DNA of 64,000 nucleotides from positions 10,974,001 through 11,038,000 of the forward strand of contig NC_043020.1 of the NCBI RefSeq assembly GCF_006345805.1. Reading direction: 5' to 3'. Source of the stretch: Octopus sinensis. Lineage: Eukaryota. How positions within the stretch are numbered: the stretch's first letter is position 1; the number at the start of each line of letters is the position of its first letter. Positions 55,709-64,000 of this stretch are shown piece after piece. The notes under the pieces are model-generated. The model did not search any database, had not been told where the DNA came from, and was given only the letters and a program-made list of their open reading frames with translations. Position numbers and translations under genes: made by a program.

Positions 55709-57795
55709 TATGACGGGCTTCTATCAGTTTCCGTCTACCAAATCCACTGACAAGGCTTTGGTCGGCCCGAGGCTATAAACATTTGAACCCAGAACTATGT
55801 GGTTGGTAAACAAGCTACTTAACACACAGCCACTCCTGCGCCTGTAGTTGCTGAATAAAAAAAATACATTAACTTTCAAAAACAAAAACAAAAAATAAAT
55901 CTCTCTATATATAAAGCTGAAGTTGTCTGTCTATGGCAGGTTTAGTAGCCTTCAACTAACACTATCTCCTCCGAGACCCTGCGGCGCAAGTTGACCAAAA
56001 TTGAGAGTATAATAGAAGAAGGCTTGCTCTTCCTTCCGTAGAAGAAAAAATTCAAATCGGACCATGTTAACACCAAAAATTAATTACATCAAAAAGGTGC
56101 TTTTTTTCTACGAAAATCCCTATTTTTTACGATTTTTTTACTGCTGTGTCGCCATTTTTCGGTGTATTTCAACCAGAAAAGTGTTCACTTAAAGAGAATA
56201 ACAAGCTACATAATGCCTGTAAATATATTTACTGCTAGTAAATAATAGAATAAACATTTCCTTTGAATATACCGTATTTTCCGGCGCATTGCACGCACCC
56301 CTATTTTTCAAGGATATTTTGCGGAAAGAAAAAAAAGAAAAAAAGCTAGTGCAGATACATTCGGTTTCAAACTTGTCAACTTGAGAAAAGTTTATATTTT
56401 CAAAGTTATTTCGTATTAAAGTAGTCGTATTTCAGTAATTTCAACCAATCAATGACGTGTATTCAGCTGAATAAAATTACTGCTGTTGTTTGTCCTCAAC
56501 AACTATATATATGTATAAATATATATATACTCTTTTACTTGTTTCAGTCATTTGACTGCGGCCATGCTGGAGCACCGCCTTTAATTGAGCAACTCGACCC
56601 CGGGACTTATTCTTTTGTAAGCCCAGTACTTATTCTATCGGTCTCTTTTGCCGAACCGCTAAGTAACGGAGACATAAACACACCAGCATCGGTTGTCAAG
56701 CAATGCTAGGGGGACAAACACACACACATACATATATATATATACATATATACGACAGGCTTCTTTCAGTTTCCGTCTACCAAATCCACTCACAAGGCAT
56801 TGGTCGGCCCGGGGCTATAGCAGAAGACACTTGCCCAAGATGCCACGTAGTGGGACTGAACCCGGAACCATGTGGTTGGTTAGCAAGCTACTTACCACAC
56901 AGCCACTCCTATATATATATATATCACCATCATCGTTTAACGTCCGCCTTCTATGCTAGCATGGGTTGGACGATTTTGACTGAGGGCTGGCGAACCAGAC
57001 GACCGCACCAGGCTCCAATCTTGATCTGGCAGAGTTTCTACAGCTGGATGCCCTTCCTAATGCCAACCACTCCGAGAGTGTAGTGGGTGCTTTTTACGCG
57101 CCACCAGCTCGGGGCCAGTCGGGCGGTACTGGCAGTGACCTCGCTTGAATCTTTTTACACATGCCACCGGCACAGGTGCCAGTAAAGCGACGTTGGTAAC
57201 GATCACACTCGGATGGTGCCCTTTTACGTGCCACCCGCATGGAGCTAGATGGCTGCTCTGATATATGTGTTGATATATATATATATATATAGATATATAT
57301 ATATATTATATATATATATATATATAATATATATATATATATTATTATTATTCTTTATTTACTTTTGTCGATTAACTTTTAGCCTCTTTTGTTTCATTGA
57401 ATATATCTTACTCTTTTACTTGTTTCAGTCATTTGACTGCGGCCATGCTGGAGCACCACTTTTAGTCGAGCAAATCGACCCCGGGACTTATTCTTTGTAA
57501 GCCCAGTACTTATTCTATCGGTCTCTTTTGCCGAACCGCTAAGTGACGGGGACGTAAACACACCAGCATCAGTTGTCAAGCAATGCTAGGGGGACAAACA
57601 CAGACACACAAACATACACACATATACATACATACGACGGGCTTCTTTCAGTTTCCGTCTACCAAATCCACTCACAAGGCTTTGGTCGGCCCGAGGCTAT
57701 AGTAGAAGACACTTGCCCAAGATGCCATGCAGTGGGACTGAACCTGGAACCATGTGGTTGGTAAACAAGCTACTTACCACACAGCCACTCCTGCG

Positions 57796-57797
<2 letters not shown>
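55443..57797 (-). mobile_element. Three S1 SINEs (55443-55842, 56528-56909, 57408-57797), a Helitron-like element (55900-56238, +) and an RTE-tail element
   Basis: S1 head, CORE and tail motifs; A|TCTCTCTATATATAAA...CTAG|T termini. Confidence 0.78.
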
Positions 57798-57882
<85 letters not shown>

Positions 57883-58694
57883 GTGTGTGTGTGTGGTGTG
57901 TGTGTGTGTGTGTGTGTGGTGTGTGTGTGTGTCCTGTATCATATATGCGTGTATATGTACATGTAGAGGTAGGTACGTACATATATGTTTATATATATGC
58001 ATATGTTTTATTTCATCTCTCTATATATAAACGGCAGTTTGTCTGTGCGTGTGTCTGTGTGTCTGTCAGGTTGTACCCTCACCCTGACCACGGCTTTCAA
58101 CCGATTCTGATGAAACTTGACACACACATAGCCCAATGTCATAATTCAAAACTAACGCAGCGAAAATTTTGAAAAGTTCCCCCAGTTCTGAAAAAAATCG
58201 ATAAATTCGACATGGGGTCGAGAATCAGAAACACGAACCACAAACTGTCTAGGGGATGCAACTCCACCTTTTTTAAATCTCAAAAAAAAATTTACCATCA
58301 TTTTTTTCCATTTTTTTGCTATTTTTTGGCTATAACTCTCTAAAAATGCTTTATTGTTATTTCCCTTACAAACCTGAGCAACGCCGGGCGATACTGCTAG
58401 TTTATTAATATATATATATATATTATTATTCTTTATTTACTTTTGTTGATTAACTTTTAGCCTCTTTTGTTTCATTGAATATATTGAATAAAATGTGACT
58501 CTCAGTCCACCACCACCACCACCACCACCGCCATCACTGTGTAATCCCATTTGACATTATGTTGATATTACGTCCTTCCAAAGGTCGTCACAGCAAGTCC
58601 TTATCTCCTTCTCTCCCACCATCTTCGACTGTGACAGAAAGACCCATGATAAAAATAGAGACCAAACACACCATATGATCAGCAATAAATAGAT

Positions 58695-58725
<31 letters not shown>

Positions 58726-59010
58726 TATGTGTATGTCTGCATGTATGTATGTCTGTCATCATCATCATCCACTTTTCATGCATGCATGGGTTGGATGGAG
58801 TTTACTGAGATAGATTTCCTACTGCGAAATGTGCTTCCTATTACCAAACCTTGGCCAGTTTCCAAGCAGAATAATATTTTCCCATGGCCAAACATGTTTT
58901 TGCAGGATAATGAAAATGAACAACATTCATTTATAACAATCTGTGTTACAAAGCTATGACCAGCAGGAAGGGATATAGCAGGCATTCTGACTGTACCTGT
59001 ATGTCAGAAT

Positions 59011-59388
59011 CCCCACCTCACCGTGGTGGGGACACTGGCAACGGTAGTGTCAGAGCTATGCCGTCGGGAACTTCGGTTCCTGGTAGGGCCACCCAAGGCG
59101 GATTGTTCTGACACCAAGTGGTCTTAGGGCCACAACCCGGCAGACAGGGCTCTGCTGAACTTCCTCAGAGTGTCTGTTTTGGCAACCGGCGGCTCTTCGG
59201 TCGTTCTGTCCCTGCGCCTGCGGACAATCTGCGGCAAACAGGATGTCTCTACATGCGGGATTGTTGGGGACCGCTTGTGAAATTCATATTCCCACAAAAC
59301 TTCTTCCACTGCCATGGTCCGAGATGCCTCGAGGGTGGTAGAAGAAGCCGACTCAACCCGCCCAGGGTGAATGTCGCCACAAGTACAA
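59011..59388 (+). mobile_element. GC-rich SINE-like retroposon (same family as 6963-7560)
   Basis: 12-bp TSD gtatgtcagaat (58999-59010 and 59389-59400). Confidence 0.8.
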
Positions 59389-59399
59389 GTATGTCAGAA

Positions 59400-61150
59400 T
59401 TCATCCTACAACTTCAGGATAAGGTAATGGAAGATCTGAGCAATGAGATCTGGGATTTGGAAAGAGAGATGGGTGTTGGGGTCACCAGCATGAAGTAAAC
59501 TTGAGGCCTGAATCACTCCCACTCATATAAGAGGAGGACGAGACAAATTCTGACAGCCAAAGCCAAGGAGAACCACCTGACAAAGATAAAGAAATTCCTG
59601 AACAAGCTATGGAATTTTGTTGAGCGAGGGATGATCTGATTCTTATCAGATGAAAAGAACTTCTGCGAGAGCAACAGGTAGCTTGCCTATAATGCTTGTG
59701 ATGTCATATCATCATCATCGTCGTTTAACGTTTGCTTTCCATGCTAGCATGGGTTGGACGGTTCAATTGGGGTCTGGGAAGCCAGAAAGCTGCACCAGGC
59801 CCAGTCTGATCTGGCAGTGTTTCTACAGCTGGATGCCCTTCCTAACGCCAACCACTCCGTGAGTGTAGTGGGTGCTTTTTACGTACCACCGGAACAGGTG
59901 CCAGACAAGGCTGGCAAACGGCCACGATCCAATGGTGCTTTTTACGTGCATGGAAACGGCCACGATCGGATGGTGCTTTTTACATGCCACCGGCACGGAG
60001 ACCAGATGAGGCTGGCAAACGGCCACAATCAGATGGTGCTTTTTATGTGCCACCAGCACGGAGACCAGATGAGGCTGGCAAACGGCCACGATCCAATGGT
60101 GCTTTTTACGTGCCACCGGCACGGAGACCAGACGAGGCTGGAAACGGCCACGATCGGATGGTGCTTTTTACGTGCCACGGGCACAGAGGCCACTCAGGGC
60201 GGCGCTGGCTATGGCCACATTCAGATGGTTCTCTTACGTGCCACTGACACTGGTATCACAGCTACAAATTCCATTGGTGTTGATCAATTACGATTCATAT
60301 ATATCATGAAAACCTAGTTCCCCCAAACTATGATGGTTTTCAGGTGTGTCCCTAGTCAGGGTGACGTCATATTGCCCCACATCTTTGAATAAGATCATTT
60401 CAGACAGTTATGTGAAACTCTCTTTTTACTCTTTTACTTGTTTCAGTCATTTGACTGCAGCCATGCTGGAGCACCGCCTTTAGTCGAGCAAATCGACCCC
60501 GGGTCTTATTCTTTGTAAGCCCAGTACTTATTCTATCGGTCTCTTTTGCCGAACCACTAAGTGACGGGGACGTAAACACACCAGCATCGGTTGTCAAGCA
60601 ATGCTAGGGGGACAAACACAGACACACAAACATCTACACACACACTTATATATATATACATATATACGACAGGCTTCTTTCAGTTTCCGTCTACCAAATC
60701 CACTCACAAGGCATTGATCGGCCCAGGGCCATAGCAGAAGACACTTGCCCAAGATGCCATGCAGTGGGACTGAACCCAGAACCATGTGGTTGGTTAGCAA
60801 GCTACTTACCACACAGCCACTCCTACGCTGGACACTGGAGTCAAACCTTTACTGGAGAGGGTTGCTGCAAGAAAACCATATGTATAGCAGCAGGATTTGG
60901 CTCATTGCCATACCTCAAGAGTCAGAAGTGGTTGTTGGAGAATTTTGGGCCTCCAAATTGCCCCAATTGTAATCCATACATTGCTATGTGTTGGGCATGT
61001 TTGAAAAAGACACCAACAACTCTGTCTGCAACACCAAGGATGAGCTGGTGGCCAAGATCAAGGAAGGGACACAATGAGAAAGGCATGCCCCAGGTTCTGG
61101 AGCCCTTTTGAAGCCATGGTGGAAGCTGAGAGTGGCTACTTTGAGCAAAC
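59400..61150 (+). pseudogene. Degenerate Tc1/mariner (maT/DD37D-like) transposase split by an RTE-tail element (59705-60285) and an S1 SINE (60419-60826)
   Basis: YKRRTRQILTAKAKE...FLSDEKNF / MKT.FPQTMMVF...GDVILPHIFE / VKPLLERVAARKPYV.QQD...PPNCPNCNP...NTKDELVAKIKE. Confidence 0.75.
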
Positions 61151-61427
61151 TGTTATCTCCCCCCCATAATCTAGTTGGTATTTTTAAAAATATTTTTTAT
61201 TTTTGGGTGAAACGTGTTTTCCTCTCCTTTTATGCAAACTGTTGACTTTAGCCCAAGGCACTGGCAGAATCGTTAGCACGCCGGGCGAAATGTTCTGCTT
61301 TACATCCTTTCGGGGTCGATAAATTAAGTACCAGTTACGCACTGGGGTCGATGTAATTGACTTAATCCCTTTGTCTGTCCTTGTTTGTCCCCCTCTATGT
61401 TTAGCCCTTTGTGGGTAATAAAGAAAT

Positions 61428-61473
<46 letters not shown>

Positions 61474-61474
<1 letters not shown>

Positions 61475-61835
61475 GAGCAAAACGACCCCCCCCCCGTCCA
61501 ATGGACGGTGGTGAGTTGTCAAACATTTAAACCAAATTTTCTCAAAACAACTTGTCCGAACGTCCCTTTGAGAAACACTGATTTAACCTAAATTTGAGAC
61601 ACCATGCATTTTTCTCGCATACAACAGCTGATGGACTTGCGCATACAAATGCACGTTTCACGGCTTTATCGATCGCATTCTCACCTGGAATCGATTTTTG
61701 TAAGTTTTTGAAGACTTATACATGTCCTGATACCGTTGGTATCTACATCTTAAATTTGAGCACAATCGGATGGAGGATATCCAAGATCCTAGAAGACACG
61801 CACACAGACAGACAGAACGGATTTTATATAATAGA
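61474..61835 (-). mobile_element. Helitron-like element (distinct family)
   Basis: A|TCTATTATATAAAA start; CCGTCC-ATT-GGACGG hairpin near the end; CTCG|T terminus (one mismatch to CTAG). Confidence 0.55.
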
Positions 61836-61899
61836 TATATATACACACATATATCTATATATACGCATATCTATTTGTGAATGCGTGTGTATATATTAA

Positions 61900-62262
61900 G
61901 GCGTAGGAGTGGCTGTGTGGTAAGTAGCTTGTTTACCAACCATATGGTTCAGTCCTACTGCATGGCACCTTGGGCAAGTGTCTTCTACTATAGCCTCGGG
62001 CTGACCAAAGCCTTGTGAGTGGATTTGCTAGACAGAAACTGAAAGCAGCCCGTCGTATATATATATGTGTGTGTTTGTCCCCCCCAACATCACTTGACAA
62101 CCAATGCTGGTGTGTTTACGTCACCGTAACTTAACAGTTTGGCAAAAGAGACCGATAGAATAAGTACTAGGCTTACAAAGAATAACTCCTGGGGCCGATT
62201 TGCTCAACTAAAGGCAGTGATCCAGCATGGCCACAGTCAAATGACTGAAACAAGTAAAAGAG
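61900..62262 (+). mobile_element. SINE family S1
   Basis: Head, CORE and tail. Confidence 0.8.
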
Positions 62263-63342
62263 TAATATATGTATTTATATGTACACACAAACACATAAAT
62301 CCTTTAAAATGTTTTAGCCCTAAGGCCGCGGCCATGCTGGGGCACCACCATATATATATATATATATATAATGGAGACTACTGTCTGCTTTGACATATGA
62401 TGGTCTAACAATATGTTTTTTTCTTCTGTTTTAGTTGTGATGTCTACAGCCTTTATGAGACTTCAATCTAGCCAACAATTTACAGACAAGTCCACAGACT
62501 CAACTTAAGAAATAATCGTTATACGAGACAGCTGGCACAGTTAGTTCAATACCTTGTCGTTGCTCTCTGTTCTTCAAGATGATCCAGATGGTTGAATTCA
62601 CAGTTCCTTATGGCTTTTCCAGTTTCTGTCCACCAAACCCATTGGTTGTCCCAGGGCTAAAGTAGAAGACAGTTGCTTGAGTTGCCATGCAGTAGGACTG
62701 AACCCCAGACCACATGATTAGAAAAAGAATTCAATCTTACAACCGTGTCTGAATGGTGAGGATTCCTAACATAGGTCACACTTTTTGAAAGAGGAAGGTC
62801 AAGGTTGAGTAGAGCACAAATTACTCCTCAGCATCAGTCAAATCCAGAAATGTACAGAGGGCTGCAAGCTAAGAACTAATCTGAAACTCAACTGCTCCAT
62901 TGTCATTAAGTTGTCCACGTGACAACTTGCTGGGGCTGCCTGACAGGTGACGGTCGGTCGTTTAGAAAAAGCGTGGGCTAAAACTACGCGCCTTCACTAG
63001 TCAGTCAAGGTGAGACAGTATCATGTGACAACTTGCTGGGGCTGCCAGCTGGAGCCTATGCGGCAGGTATTTAAAGGGAAAAATTTGACAAGACTGTCAG
63101 TCACCGGCTGAAACTCGCTGACGATACATCGAAGAGGCCAGGGAACAGAAGAAAGAAGAAAGAAGACATGCACCCAACACCAGAGCTGAAGACACCTCCG
63201 AAAGGACGGGGCCCCGCCACGTCAAAACGGTAGAGGAGTAGGGGCCGAAACCCGACGTGGTTCCTCCTGACAATATCTCGAGCTAACTGGATCCTACAAA
63301 GGAGCTGTTGTGGTAGCAGACCACGAAACACGGTTGTAATTC

Positions 63343-64000
63343 CTAATCCTTTCTACTATAGGCACAAGGCCTGAAATTTTGGAGGAGGGGATAAATTGAT
63401 TACATTGATCCCAGTGTGTAACTGGTATTTATTTCATCAACCCCAAAAGGATGAAAGGCAAAGTCAACCTTGGTGGAATTTGAACTCAGAACACAGTGAT
63501 GGGTGAAATACTGCTAAGCATTTTGCCAAGCACCCTAATGATTCTGCCAGCTCGCTGTCTTATTATCAATAATAATTTTTTCTGCTATAAGCACAAAGCC
63601 TGAAATTTTGGAAAGGGGAATAGTCAATTACATTGACCCCAATACTTAACTGGTACTTATTTTATATCAACCCTGAACGGATGAAAGGCAAAGTTAACCT
63701 TGGTGGAATTTGAACTCAAAACATGTAGACAGATAAAATACCTATTTCTTTACTACCCACAAGGGACTAAACACAGAGAGGACAAACAAGGACAGACAAA
63801 CGGATTAAGTCGATTACATCGACCCCAGGTATTTATTTAATTGACCCTGAAAGGATGAAAGGCAAAGTCGACCTCGGCGGAATTTGAACTCAGTACGTAG
63901 CGGCAGACGAAATACCCATTTCTTTACTACCCACAAGGGGCTAAACACAGAGGGGACAAACAAGGACAGACAAACGGATTAAGTCGATTATATCGACCCC
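63343..64000 (-). repeat. Tandem S2-type SINE array running off the window end
   Basis: Repeated gaaaggatgaaaggcaaagtc..cctcggcggaatttgaactc units. Confidence 0.8.

Overview
This is AT-rich, repeat-dense animal genomic DNA. The SINE/LINE repertoire looks cephalopod (Octopus-like), which is an inference. The core is a tandem pair of 4-exon TNF-superfamily ligand genes on the minus strand, reconstructed by hand because the ORF track misses the spliced structure. Gene A: 15087-14527, 7682-7652, 6058-6011, 2652-2279 (337 aa). Gene B: 54379-54173, 46053-46011, 43522-43475, 38066-37693 (223 aa). Intron phases are identical (0,1,1), exon 3 is 48 nt and exon 4 is 374 nt in both, and both encode a type II TM anchor and a cytoplasmic MxxxAQEE motif that fits the TRAF2 consensus. 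An orphan inverted copy of exon 2 lies at 21524-21554. The most unusual structure is in gene A, where the 3' splice site of the TNF-domain exon has been amplified into about 47 tandem 52-bp copies (2653-5105), with no stop codon in any sense frame. Gene B has inverted SINE arrays bracketing its 43-nt exon 2. It also has an intron-containing tRNA-Tyr antisense in intron 1, fused to a CR1 3' tail, and a nest of elements inserted in (AAT)n, including an R4/Dong-like LINE, next to its last acceptor. The rest is tRNA-derived SINEs, RTE, CR1 and Tx1-like LINE fragments, mariner/Tc1 relics, Helitron-like elements, MITEs and microsatellites. All calls come from reading the sequence by eye; no searches were run.
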